A stretch of DNA of 64,000 nucleotides, taken from assembly GCF_009914755.1 (NCBI RefSeq), contig NC_060925.1; one strand, given 5' to 3'. The notes beneath the pieces are model-generated. The model saw nothing but the letters and a program-made list of their open reading frames with translations. It made no database searches and was not told the DNA's origin. The stretch comes from the human T2T-CHM13v2.0 reference genome, Homo sapiens. The position numbers and the translations under genes were made by a program. Every line of letters starts with the position of its first letter. The first letter of the stretch is position 1. Shown here piece after piece: positions 13,270-32,324 of this stretch.

Positions 13270-13620
13270 TTGCTGAAGCAAACACAAGAGTATGGGGAAG
13301 GCCTGAATATGAGGAAATGGCCAGGAAAAGCATCTTAAACAAGGGTGGAGTTTGTTATTCAGACTGAAGTTTGTGCCTTCTCCATTGATAAGAGTTGTAG
13401 ATGGAGATTTAAAGTTATATTTCTCTTCCTGGTGCAGAGAAGGAGACACCCTTACAAATGAAGATTGCCTTTATAAATGTAAATTGCCCCTTAAAAGGGG
13501 AAAATTTTACTCTTGTCTTCAGAGATTTTCCTGGGCTGGCTATTTGCCAAAGTAATCGGCTCAGAATAACCCTTATGCTAAAGCAGAATGTTTTGGGTTG
13601 TCATGTCCTGAACTTCATCA
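13270..13620 (-). mobile_element. MER34-family (ERV1) LTR
   Basis: Ends ctcagaataacccttatgctaaagcagaatgttttgggttgtcatgtcctgaacttcatca, the reverse complement of the MER34 5' end. Confidence 0.8.
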
Positions 13621-13705
13621 TTAGCTAGATTAATACCAATGAAGAACTGTAATCTACCATGTATAACTGATGTTTGCCATCCATAGTCTCTCTGAGTCAG
13701 TTATA

Positions 13706-13785
13706 TTAGGTTGGCGTGAAAGTAATTTCGGTTTTTGCCATTACTTTTAGTGGCAAAAATCGCAATTACTTTTGTGCCAACCTAA
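13706..13785. mobile_element. MADE1 (Hsmar1-derived MITE), 80-bp palindrome
   Basis: ttaggttggcgtgaaagtaatt...aattacttttgtgccaacctaa; 80 bp with TA TSD on both sides. Confidence 0.96.
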
Positions 13786-13884
13786 TATATAATTATCAAG
13801 AATGGATGATAAAGGCAATATTTGCAATAAAATTAATAGCAATATTTTCCACTGTAGAAAGCCAGATTTGCATAGATTGAAAAT

Positions 13885-14030
13885 TATTGAACTAGAAATT
13901 AGAAGACCTCAATATCTGTATACTTGTTTATCATTTGATTTTAGTTCATTCACTTAATGCTCCCGAATTGCCACTTTCTCATCAGTAAATTAGTATTGGA
14001 TTGGACAATTTTTACATTTGGTTCTTGTTC
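13885..14030 (+). mobile_element. MIR fragment
   Basis: agaaattagaagacct...cacttaa...tttctcatcagtaaat...ttggac. Confidence 0.5.
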
Positions 14031-14136
14031 TATGTGTCACAAAATGCTTTGTAGTCTCTAGGCTTCATTTTGTCTCCCATAAGCCTGGAAGCTAAACAGG
14101 AAAATACTGACTACACTGTGTAAATGACAGAAGTGG

Positions 14137-14916
14137 GGTTGAGGCTCAGAAAATGAAGCCTCCAAATATGGCGCTTTGACATGCTATACTAAACAAGCAG
14201 CCTCAAAGTCTCTCCCTGCCTTCCTATCTCTCTGATCCTTTTTCTTTTCCAGAGCACCAGGAGGGGCTCTCTCTGGAAGTTCCTTTATCAGACAGAGAAA
14301 ACTTCTTCTAAAAGAAATGCAATTGTCTTAAAATCCCCTCTCTAAAAATCTCATTAAATAACCAAGGAAGATTAACTACCAGAGAAGAGAAGGGACTGGG
14401 AGTCATCATCACAACCAGACAGATTTTCCATCTATTCTTCTGAGGGCAGTTCCATAAGATTAGCTAGGGAATTGTATCTGCATAATATGACGACCTTTGC
14501 CGACAATGCAGTTCTATTCTTGCCCTTTCCATAATTTGTCCACAAGCTATTGTTTGTCCTTTGATCCCGTTCAGCATCAAGAGAATCATTTACAAACCTG
14601 TTAGGTCTTTTTGCTCATTTATTTACATCTCTGCATATTTCCCCTTCCCAATGAAGAGGGCATTTAAGCATTAACCATCTGGCCCTTTTCTTGAGTTTTT
14701 CATATTTATTTATATGACTTGCATGCATTATGCACCTTAATAAATTTGTTACCTTTTTATCTTTTTAGCTGTCTTTTGTTATAGGGGTGGCAACTTCATT
14801 GGCATTTTGAGAAGTTTAAGATCTCCCCAAACTGGCCTAAGACTTGCACTTATATTAACTTCTGCACCTCATTTTATAATGGGGAGAAAATGTATCACCC
14901 CTTTTCAATCTCTACA
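14137..14916 (+). mobile_element. MER39-type (ERV1, MER4 group) 5' LTR
   Basis: Starts gttgaggctcagaaaatg...aaatatggcgctttgacatgct; aataaa near 14739; ends gtatcaccccttttcaatctctaca. Carries a 79-bp foreign insert in U5. Confidence 0.85.
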
Positions 14917-17900
14917 GTTCTTGTAACAAGAATGGGATGACTGAAACACCTGATGCATTCCAGAGCCTACAAATAAAGTCCTGGGACAACTGACAAAAAG
15001 CCAACAACAAAAGGTTAAAATCTTTTACCGAAGTCAGTTTTCTCAGCCCTCTACCTGCAGTGCCTGGTCAAGAATAAAAGGTAAAAATTTGTCTTTATTT
15101 CTTCCTTTCCAAATTCAGTTTGGCAAAAGCATATTATTTGCTTGGATTGTGACTCTTGTGTACATTTGTGGGTACCCATTTGCTATTGATCCTTTCTCCT
15201 CCATGGACTGCTATCGTTTTCCTGTTTGTCTCATTTTGTGACCTGAGAACTTGGCTCAGCTTGCCACCTGTCACAGGCATGCAGATTGTCAAGCCTGCAT
15301 ATGCAGACAGCCAAGCAAAAGGTTGTGGGGGACCATCATAAAAAGTTAAAATACAGACTGTTGCCATCTCTCAAGACATTGTCTAAATCTTCCTTGCTTT
15401 TAGTTGTCTTTGGAGGCTGTTTGATTCTGAGAAGATTGTGTCTTCACACCTCTTTGGAGACATCTCATGCATTTTTGGTTAACCAAAGGAGGCTTATTGG
15501 TTTTGGTTCTGAGTCAATTGGTAGATACATTTAGCTTGAAAAAAAAAAAATTAAGCCAGGACTATTTTCTCTTTGTCTCACTGAAATCTGATAATGAGAG
15601 ATTTGAGAAGATTTTTTTAAGAGTTCTGTGATAAAAAGTCAGCACAATAGGAACTGATATTCAAGCTATATATTTTTAAAGCCACTCTATTTCTTTCTGT
15701 TGAATTTTGTTTCTACTCTTGGGAACTCCTCAGTCTATTGAACTCTTTTTTCTCAAACCCCTACCAACTAGAACTTCACTGGCATTTTGGGAAGTTTAAG
15801 ATCTCCCCAAACTGGCTTCTCTAAGACTTGCACTTTTATTAACTTCTGCACCTCTTTCCTTTTGACACATTTGATTGTCCATCCAGTTCTCTTTAATCAT
15901 TGATATGTTCCCCATTCAAGCCTCTACCTCCTTCATTTGGTGGTCACTGGATATAAAATTACTAAGACAAAGCATCAGTGTTCTGGCTATCCCATAAAGG
16001 TACCTAGGGAGGCCTTCTAGCAGCACTGAAACCCCTTGAGAAACACAAAAAAAGCATCTCAGACTCCCCTGTTTGGGGTCATCTGTCTTCCTCAGGGAGC
16101 CCCAAGAGTCGTGAGTAGGTTCCTCTCAGGTCAGAGGTGCTGCTGTCTTTTACATTGAGATCCCTGATCTCTTTGTCTTTTGGGGATACCAAGAGTCACT
16201 TTATACTGTGAGCCAACACTTGATCCTCGATGTGCAGGAACTAATGAGTCACTGGCAAGAGCTGTAATTTTAAAGTAAATGACAGTGGTTGCAATGAAAG
16301 GTTATTACTACAGTAGGCAAAATCCAGCCTTCCATCCTCCTCATTTGTTTGTATATTTAAAATTTTAAGTCTCAGATTTCTGCTTGAGTCTAACAGAAAC
16401 TGACAGTAAGTGGCAATTTGGTGTAAGAAAAGTCATTAGCTATGATGGGCAAGGGAATCTTGGAGCTGTAAACATGACCTGACTCTTGATAGGTGTCGTA
16501 TGCGTACTTGGAAGCTATGGGAGCCCCACCTTGAGCTCAGCAATACAGTTAAGAAACAGATGTTAAAAGTCACCTAAATAAAATTAATCTCCAAAATAAG
16601 GCTTTATGATATTCAGCTGGTTATTTTAAACAGACTTCTTAATTTTCTTCTATCCTCATCCATGTATTTCCTTATAAAATCAAGTTTTAACAGAAATAGA
16701 TATTTTATTTACCCAGATGAACTTTGGAAACATTCAGAGCTAAAATTGAGCCCACAGCCTCCATAAAATTGATCTCTGATAATAAACAATATTCCCAAGA
16801 TCTTTCTTGGAGATAAAATATCTATATAAATAAAATAAAACTAACTCAGATACCTTTTATATAATCTAAGATAATCTTTGAAAAATAAAGCTAGTTTTTA
16901 AATTGTTGGAAAAATAAAATAAGAATGTCCTCAGAATTTAATTTAGGTATTTTTGCTTGGGTCTATTGGTCAGACAGATTTATACTTTCTCTGCTAGATA
17001 TTTTAAGGTCATAAAACTGTTGCTTCTGTGATATTTTTGATACTTGCTTAATTTTTCTGAGCTAAAGCTGTAAGGGTTGGTTACTGGGCTCCCCTAAAGC
17101 CTTGCACATATCTTATGGCGGGATTATGTCTTTGGTTTTGAGCCTCTGGATTCTGGAGTCTTAACAGATGGCCATGAAGAGGCCTGGGGACATATCAATG
17201 TCCATAGTACCTGGGCCACCAGGTGCAAGGCAGATTCAAGCCCAAAATGGCCTTGTCTTTGGCCCAGCTCTATCTGCTGGTCATACTGGAAGAGGTCAGA
17301 TCCTCCAGGCATTATCTTCATAGTTCTGTCCTCTGTCCTGGGCTCTGTACCTCATATGTAAACACAGGATCCAGATATGCCCTGCCCTTCATAGCCACCC
17401 TGGATGCCACATAGGCACATGACACCCAGGGTGACTTTGGGGGTAGGAAGACACTGGGGAGGATACCTGTGTCCAGTATTCCAAATGCCTTGGTTAAGAC
17501 AAGACTGGCTGATGCAGGGTTAGCCTGGCTTTGCTTTCTCAAAAATAAATAAATAAATAACTTAAGTGGCTAACTTTGTTTTCCATGAGCAACTCAAATA
17601 TAACTGTTAATAATGAGTAAACTGGGTAAATGGAAATGAGATAGTTGCTTACAAATAAATGTCATTTCAAAACTGTTTTTCAGTAATTTAAAATCATAAG
17701 TCATATTATGTTAAATCGGGCAATAGACAATCATGACATGTCCAAGTTGCTTCTAAGTAAGATAAAATACTGAAACATTGATCACTAAACATAGGTTCAA
17801 GTTTGTCACTTTTGGCTTTTTAAAATTTATAAAAAGACTAAAGATATTTGGGTTTGCTAGTAAATACTGATTCACATGAAAAATATGTTCTACTAGAAAA

Positions 17901-18200
17901 AAACTTGTGTTTCTAAAAATTATAAAATGTTTTTATGTTTTTGTATATATGTATTAATTAAAATTGCTTATTTGTATATATGTATTAATTAAAATTGCTT
18001 ACTTCCTACATTTCTCATGAAAATTTATGGTTACAAAGAGTTAAAATTACAATTAATATATTTAATTAAAACTACTAGATATAAGATAAGCAATTCTGAA
18101 TACAAGTGTAAAAGTAACATGAGATATGAGGATATGTTTTTGTTAAAAGAAGGAATAATTTTGTCTAGATAAAAGTTATTTAAAGGTGTTTTTTAAGCCT
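14917..18200 (+). mobile_element. MER4-group ERV internal sequence (MER34/MER4-int-like), non-coding, 3'-truncated with no 3' LTR
   Basis: Follows the LTR directly. Typical MER4-group internal blocks (tttgagcctctggattctggagtc, ccctgcccttcatagccaccctgg) and an AT-rich 3' part. Confidence 0.75.
17940..18001. repeat. Exact 31-bp tandem duplication
   Basis: tttgtatatatgtattaattaaaattgctta occurs twice in tandem. Confidence 0.95.
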
Positions 18201-18299
18201 TTGTTGAAATCTTATGAATTCAAAATGTTATGAATTCAAATATTTGTACAATTACATAGTGGCATCACAAAAAATCTTAACTTTTTAAAGAGTACCAGC

Positions 18300-18593
18300 C
18301 TTTTATTTTTGTAGATACATAATACTTTATTAAGTGTACAGTTCAGTGGCATTAAAGAGATTCACATGGTTATGCCGCTATCACCATCATCCACTCACAA
18401 AATTCTTTCATCTTCCAAATGGAACTTGTGTACCCATTAAACCAGAACTCCCCATCACCCCTTCTCCTAACCCCTGGCAGCTACCATTCTACTTTCTGTC
18501 TCTGTGAATTAATTACACTGGGTACCACATACATGTGACATCATACAATATTTTTCCTTTTGTGACTGGTTTATTTCATTTAGTATAATGTTT
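18300..18593 (-). mobile_element. L1MB-type 3'UTR fragment
   Basis: taagtgtacagttcagtggcatt...cccctggcagctaccattctactttctgtctctgtgaatt...atcatacaatattt. Confidence 0.85.
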
Positions 18594-24262
<5,669 letters not shown>

Positions 24263-24382
24263 AATGTAAATTTTTGTTTAAATATCTCCTTTTTCATACT
24301 ACAACTATTGTTAAAGAATGTGTCACCCAGAGTGATAAATCTATGGAAGCAAAGCAAATATCATCAATAAGAAATTCTGTAG

Positions 24383-24812
<430 letters not shown>

Positions 24813-25249
24813 ATGATTGGAATATTCAAAGTTTATTAAAAAGCATGCTGGAAAATTTCACTCTACTGCAAAACACACCATCTCTTTATTTTTCCCATAT
24901 CCAATAAAAAAGGGTTTGATGAATATTCTCAATTACCTTGTATCTCAGTCTATATCTCAGTTGTATATTTTACATGATTTTAAGAAGAGATTAGAAGTTT
25001 TATTATTATTTCTTATAAATCAATATTACATTTTTAGATAAAAGAAATATATAGTGGGGTTAGTTAACATTTTGTTTTTTCTAATTATTTATTCAGGCTC
25101 CAAAAACATTTTCAATAATTTTTTCACAAATTGCTCTCATCAATTTTTGATCTGCTAATTTATCACTACTGTATGTTGATTAATACTGTTTATTTATTTG
25201 GCAAAACTTACAAATAAATGATAAATTCTCCTGTAAGTAATGCTCTTAA

Positions 25250-25580
<331 letters not shown>

Positions 25581-27409
25581 GCCTTTTCTTTTTTTAATTG
25601 CCACTTAACCCTGCCTCCTTCTTGCAATAAAACATATTCATTCATGTGTTAGTGAATAATTGGGGAAAGGAAATCCCATACATCTGTCAAGAGATACATT
25701 TTCAATAATATTTTTATTTTTCTATTTGATATCTATTTATAAAAGTGTTTCAATTTTTGTGATAAATTTTATAAAATTATAAAATAGTAATATTTATAAT
25801 GAAAATTATATCTTTGACTACTATTTCAAATTACAATGAAGTACTTTATATGTCAAATGCAAATATAGAATTAAATTCATAGCTTTTCAAACTCTTTTGG
25901 AAGGTATGCCAGCAAAATATTATAAAGTTTACAGTTGTAGCCATGTGTATAATTATCCTGAGTAATTAAATCCATAAGTAGCAAAATGTATAACATGTAG
26001 CTCTGGTATACCAAAATAATTTTGCTAGTCCTATTGCTAGTAGGATATATGCTTTAATTTGGTATTGTTTTTCTAGAACTAGGGATGGATATGAATAGAG
26101 TGATTTGTGTTTTCAATCCTCTGGTGACCAGTGACCTCCATGTGTTTACATATTTGACAAATGCCCAGGTTGGTCAATTGTTAGCAATAAGGAAAATCTT
26201 ACATGATTATATAAGTATGTTGCCCTAGAACTTGGCCTCCTATTGCATAGAGAGGCTTATTTCTAAGAGAAATGTACCCACTGGGTCTTTCTTGGACAAT
26301 TCATCATATATTATTATGCAAAGTAAAAGCTGGCAATAAAAAGCTTGGTTTTTAAAAAGGGAAAGAAAAACAGAGAATTGGATTAGTTTCAATTTGTTTT
26401 ATTTAACTTGTATTCTGTTATTTCCAAGTTTCTGTTTGGAAAATATGAAATGCCAACATTTTATATAATGATGTCATTGCTATAAAAATCATTTTTAAAA
26501 TTTTTCCTTTGAGGTTTAGTTTAGTTAGTTCTGCAATAAGCTGAATTGAGGCTCTTGAATCAGATCCCAAACAAAAAAGAAAGTAAATTGCCCACCATTT
26601 TAAATAAAAATTGAATGTTTATTTTATTTTGTTTTTCAGTGCCATATTTGAAACTAGAAGCAGTTTGTTTAAACATGATCATTTATATTTGAAAAGTGCA
26701 TTTCCCCCTAAGATAAGCATTCACATCAAAAGGAACATTACAAAGTTTCATAAACAATAAAGTCAATCAGTTAATTATTCTTGGACCAGTATATTGACTT
26801 CTGGTGAGTTTCTACTAATATGCTTTTAAAAATAACTGGATTGTATTACTTGCTAAAATACCACTAAAGGAAAACCCTACCAGAAACCAAAAAAAAAAAA
26901 AAAAAGCTAATGAAAAAATTGCAATTTTTTATTGTATAGTATGCATCATTTGGTAAGATTAAGAAGTACTGAAAGAGATCTTTTATGTCACATAAATACA
27001 TATTAATTCAGTCTGAATTCATACTCTGTAGGCAGTTAATTCATGTAATCGTGAGAATAAGGAAGAAGTAAAAAGGTAGAGAGAAAAAACCTAAGAAAAG
27101 GGTTATTATGTTTTGGGAGTAAGGAATAGGGCCAGAGGGAATATAGATATTCCCAGGAATCTATTTCTTTCTTGCCTGAAAGTTCTGTCAAGAATGAAGA
27201 GCTCCTCACACTGTGCTTATATTTGAAACCCAGAGAATTACTGGAACCCAAGGATCAGGAGAGAATAAAGAGGGATTGAAATCTAGGGGTCATGCAAAGT
27301 AGAGAGATACAATCCTCAGGGGCAGAAACCAATTTCATGTTGTGACTACAAGTCATCACCATCATAGTAGTCAGAAAGACCTGGAAAGCAAGTGACTCAT
27401 GCAATTATT

Positions 27410-27980
27410 TTCTCAGTGAAAACTTGGGTGCATGCACATGCCAGTTTTTGGGTTAAGTTCTAGGTATACAATGAAGAGAAGTAGTCCTTGCCTTCTAAGA
27501 GTGCATAATATAGTGGCAGAGACAGACAAGAAAACAGTCACTCACAACATAGGGACCTAAAGGGGATGTGTCTACAGTGCATGGGGATTGCAGAAGAGGG
27601 CCTCTTCCCAGCTTTCAGAAAACCCTGGGGGGCTGACCAAAGAAGGTAGGATATCCTGACTGAATTCTGAAAGCTGAGTATAATTTAATTATTGAAAAGT
27701 GTGGAGGAGAGGGAGAAGCAGGGAACTGGGATCACAAGAGGAGTAAACAATCTATGTAAAAGACGCGGCAGGAAGAGAGCTTATTTCAGGTGAATTGACT
27801 GCAATAGCAGTTTATGCTTTAGGACAATAGGGTGCCAGTGGGGAGATTTTGAGTAGAAAAATAATATACATCATTTGAATTTCCCTGTCAAAATATAACC
27901 TCTGGATGCAGTGTACAGAGAATAGTCAAAGGGAGCAAAAACTGAAGGCAGAAAGATTAGAAGACTGTTGCGTTAATTCC
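27410..27980 (-). mobile_element. L2 fragment
   Basis: agtccttgccttctaagagtgcataatatagtggcagagacagacaag; later ctctggatgcagtgt...aactgaaggcagaaagattagaagactgttg. Confidence 0.6.
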
Positions 27981-28116
27981 TTTATTTCTATTTTTCAAAA
28001 TTTAAGAACCTCAATCTGAGATTTCTCATCCATGCAGTGAGAACTTTCAATGAGCCATTTATATATACAACCTTTCTGCCAATCAGGAACTACTTTTAAT
28101 GGTCTCAGTGTAGATA

Positions 28117-28552
28117 TATATCTTATTCAGCTTGACTGCCATAACAAAATACCGTAGGCTGGGTGGCTTCAAGAATAGAAATTCATTTTCTCTCTGTTCT
28201 AAGGATAGAAGTTCAAGATCAAGGTGCTGATATAGTTGATTCCTGGTGAGGGCTTTCTTCCTGGCTTGCAGACACAGCTGCCTTCTGGCTATGTCCTCAC
28301 ATAAAGGAGGAAGACAGAGAAGGAGGAGAGAGGGAGGGAGGGAAAGAGGGAGAGAGAGAAGAGAGAAAAGAGAAATACCTCGTGTCTCTTTTTATGAAGG
28401 TGCTCATCTCATCATAAGAGCCCCATTCTCATGACCTTATCTAAACCTAACTAATATCTCCAAAGCCCCATCTCCAAATGCCATCACATTAAGGGGTTGG
28501 GTTTCAACATATGGATCGTGAAGCTGAGGGGAGCACACGTCAGGGCATAGCA
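28117..28552 (-). mobile_element. MLT1A0-like MaLR LTR with internal GA-rich tract
   Basis: ctgccataacaaaatacc...gttcaagatcaaggtgc...ctcatgaccttatctaaacctaa...ttcaacatatg...catagca. Confidence 0.9.
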
Positions 28553-28885
28553 CTTCAGTTGATATATTAGTTATGTAATTAAAATCCAAAAGGGTAATCC
28601 TTTTCCAGAGGGGTTGCTAATAATCTAGTCCTTTCAATTATGTCATTTTGTAAATAAGGAGACCCTTGTCTTATTCTTAACCATCTTTAAATATTTTGGT
28701 GCTAGAAGATGGTCTCTTCAGATGGTCACTTATTGTTTCTTAGAGTGACAGAATATAGAATAATAATGTGCATAATAGTAAACTCCTCTGCAGTTTTGCA
28801 ATGTGTTGAGCCCAAATAATATAAATATAGGGCCCTATGAAAACACACAAAAAAAGGGACACCAAAGCCCAGGCTGGAAATCAAA

Positions 28886-29101
28886 GAGATGTTGGTTCAT
28901 GGGTTCAAAAATACAGTTAGATAGAAGGAATAAGTAAGTCCTAGTGTACAGTAGCACACTAAGGTGGCTACACTTAACAATAATTTGTTGTATATTTCAA
29001 AATAGCTGGAAGGGAAGATTTGAAATGTCCTCAACACAAAGACATGATAAGGGTTTGAGGTGATGGATATCCCAATTACCATGATTTGCTCATTACACAT
29101 T
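28886..29101 (+). mobile_element. L1MA-type 3'UTR fragment
   Basis: aaaaatacagttagatagaaggaataag...gtatatttcaaaatagct...tgaggtgatggatatcccaattacc. Confidence 0.85.
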
Positions 29102-31109
29102 TTTCACCTCAACTCCACTGAGTCATCTTTGACACCACGTCCTTTTTACAATTTCATCCAGGACAGTGCTTTATAAATTGTTTATGAAAAGCAACTCCCC
29201 ATCCATTGGTAAGTTTTTGAACATCAAACTGGAAAAAAATGCATAGATAGTAACTTTCACCTTTTATTAATCTGTTAATCATCATCTATTTAATCAATAA
29301 ACATTTTCTAAGCACCTCGCTGTATAAGGTACTTTCCAGATACCTGTGGGGGAGGAAAAGAGGATTTGCATGCCATAGTTAAGTGTCATTGTACACATTT
29401 TCATCATAACAGTTAAAGGTAAATTCTCTTTCCCTCTTCTGCATTAACAGCATAAGTCTGCATGGAGCTCATATTGACTATTTTCTTGTGAACTAGATAA
29501 GCTTCAGCTTGGTTGAGTAGATAACACCACCAAATAAATTCCCTTGGGGATTAAAATGTGTGTGGTGTCAGTGACCTAGCATAAACACAGGCAAATAATA
29601 TCTGCAGGCAAATGGTAAATTTGTATATTTGTTCTCTGAGGCATACTCTTTGAAAATTTCAAGAATAATCTATCTTAGGAATAGATGTTTCCCTTGAAAG
29701 AAAAATGGTACATCTCTGGCAAGTAATCAGAGGATACATGAGCATATTATACACACACACGTATATATCTACCACTTTTCATTTCTGAAACAGAAGAATT
29801 CTCAAAGGACCATCTTCTGAAACACTAAAATTCTCAAAAAGTTTCCCAGAACAGCGCATTACTATAACTTGACACCATGTTTTAGATATTACCCAATAAA
29901 TGTTTGCAAGGTAGCAATAAACCTTTTTTCTAATAGCAGGCTTCATGCTGTGCTACCAGAGCGCAGAGGAAATGACTGAGCAGAAAGCTCATATACAGTA
30001 TGCAAAGGCAGCATCAAAGACCTTCCAAGGCCAGTTCATTACAGTACCTCTGAGGAGGGTCAGAGCCTGCCCTGATTGCTTCCTCATTAGAGGTCACTTG
30101 CTTCAGTCCTGTCTAATAACCCCTAAATATGGAAGCACTCAGCAAGGCCACACTTGAGGTAGTCAGAGGTGTTTGGTATACTGGGTTGAGCAGCTGAAAG
30201 TTGGAATGCCTTGCAAGTCTACTTATAATAAAAGTGTCCCTTCCACCTATTTTTCTTGACAGTCCTACAGCTGCTGACATTAGCCAGCTCTGCATGTCCC
30301 CAGCTTCAAGTGCCAACTGCAACCCAATACGCTTGAGATTTGAGAATCCCATTTTCTTAAAAGTTTATAGAAGCATTCAGGCAGAAGTCCGCCTTTTAAA
30401 AAAGGAAATAAGTTATTATTATGCAAACAATTTTCTCTGCATTGGGGCCAAGAGCTTTTCAAGTTAACTGATTTTAATTCGCTAAATTTAATGTGACAGT
30501 TTGCCTCTTATTCGGGAAAGGGAAGCTTTGAAACTGAGACTGAAATTGGAGCTATCATGCTCAATTTTATGCTTAGAAAAACATATCGCACAGGTTTGAA
30601 GCAAGTTTATCTCTGTGGTTCAGGTGTGTATCTACTGAAGTCAAAGAACCTCACTGCTTTCATTAACTTTGGGCAGACTGTGTGTCACTAATCTGGTTAA
30701 TAAGATTAGGACCTAAACACACTTGCATGGCTTTATTTTCTACTAGGCTCTAGTTACATTTATAAACATTTACAGTTTCCTTTTACTTAGAGATTGCACT
30801 CTTCAAAAATTGAGCTGAAACGAACATTCTGATATTTTTCTTAGATTCACAAGATGTGAAGAAGAAGGAAATACAATAAAAAACAATTTGTGTTTGTTTG
30901 TTTATCATGAAACCCTATGCTGAACCCAGATTTTGTAACCCATGCTTTTAGGGATTATGTCTTATTTGTACCTTGAAATTGGTACAATGTCAAGAACATA
31001 GCAGTTGTATAAATCTATATCATAAATAGAAAAAAAACCCTGCATTTACTATTATGTGTCATTCCCTGACTTATGTGTTCTTCCTTTAAGTGAAATTCAC
31101 CTTACAAGG

Positions 31110-31619
31110 TAAATTAGTGGGGAGTGTGTTCAGCTGCAAGTGGTATAAAATGAGAAGGATCTTAACTCAAAGAGTACCTCAAATATAACTGAATCTGGAG
31201 GCAGACAACTGTGAGCATGAATTCAAAGGCATGATGGTTGACATCTCTGCAATTGTTTTGATCTTTCCTTAATGATGTTGTTTCACATTGCAAAATGGCG
31301 ACTAGGCAGCTGAAAGGGAAAAGGAAGGCAACCAGTATGTCTGTTCCCTTTCATCAGCAAATCAAAACTTTTTCCAGAAATGCTTAGCAGATTTCTTCTC
31401 TTGTCTTCTCAGCCAGAACTGTGTTACCCAGTATCTCTGGCTAGAGGGAGGCTAGGAAAACAAAAAAAATGATTAGATCCTTATGATGGTTCAAAGAAAT
31501 GGTGATGCTTTGTTTGGATTTGGACACATTTCTCTCCAAACAAATTTGGGGTTCTGTTTGCAAGGAAAAATCAGGTTAGAAAATGACTATTGAGTTAGCA
31601 CCTAATATTGTTTACTATA
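31110..31619 (-). mobile_element. Old MLT1 (K/L-like) LTR
   Basis: ttcagctgcaagt...caaaatggc...gccagaactgtgt...gggaggctaggaaa...caaatttggggttctg. Confidence 0.65.
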
Positions 31620-31959
31620 GGAAGTTAAAATAAAATTGGAGACCATATATAGCAGGTACCATAACATTGACTAAAACACCATAAGTGCTTCATAAACAGG
31701 AGGTATGGTTTATGTGATAATAATAAATGTAATGTTATCAATGAATAGTAAACATGAAACGTAATGAGCTTGTGAGCATCAATGTATGTTACTGTAAGTA
31801 TTTGCTCTGAGGATGTGAGAGGTATGTTTTGTTTTTATTTGTGAATAAACGTTCATTAAAAAGCATAATAGCACCCATCTCTACAAAAAGAGATGAAAAT
31901 TCATCTTTGGAGCTGACTTCATTTATTTTAGGAAAACAACTGAGTGGATGACAAACATA

Positions 31960-32324
31960 TGTATCTTAGTCAGTTTGGGGTAGTATAGCAAACTACCCTA
32001 GACTGGGTAGCTTAAACAACAAACATTTACACTCATAATTCTGGAGGCTGGGAAGCCCACCATTAAGACCCCAGCAGATTCAGTTTCTGGGGAGGAGCCA
32101 CTTCAGGTTGCAGATGACCAACTTCTTGCTGTGTCCTCACATGGCAGAAACAGGATGAGAGAGCTCTCTGGGGTCTCTTTTATAAGGACACTAATCCATT
32201 CATGAAGACTTCACCTTCATGATCTATTTACCTCCCAAAGGCCTCACCTCCCAATGCGAACACATTGGGGCTTGGAATTTCAACATACGGATTGGAGGGG
32301 AACACAAACATTCACTCTATAACA
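31960..32324 (-). mobile_element. MLT1A MaLR solo LTR
   Basis: tgtatcttagtcagtttgg...gagagctctctggggtctcttttataagg...cacaaacattcactctataaca; TSD acata/acatg. Confidence 0.92.
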
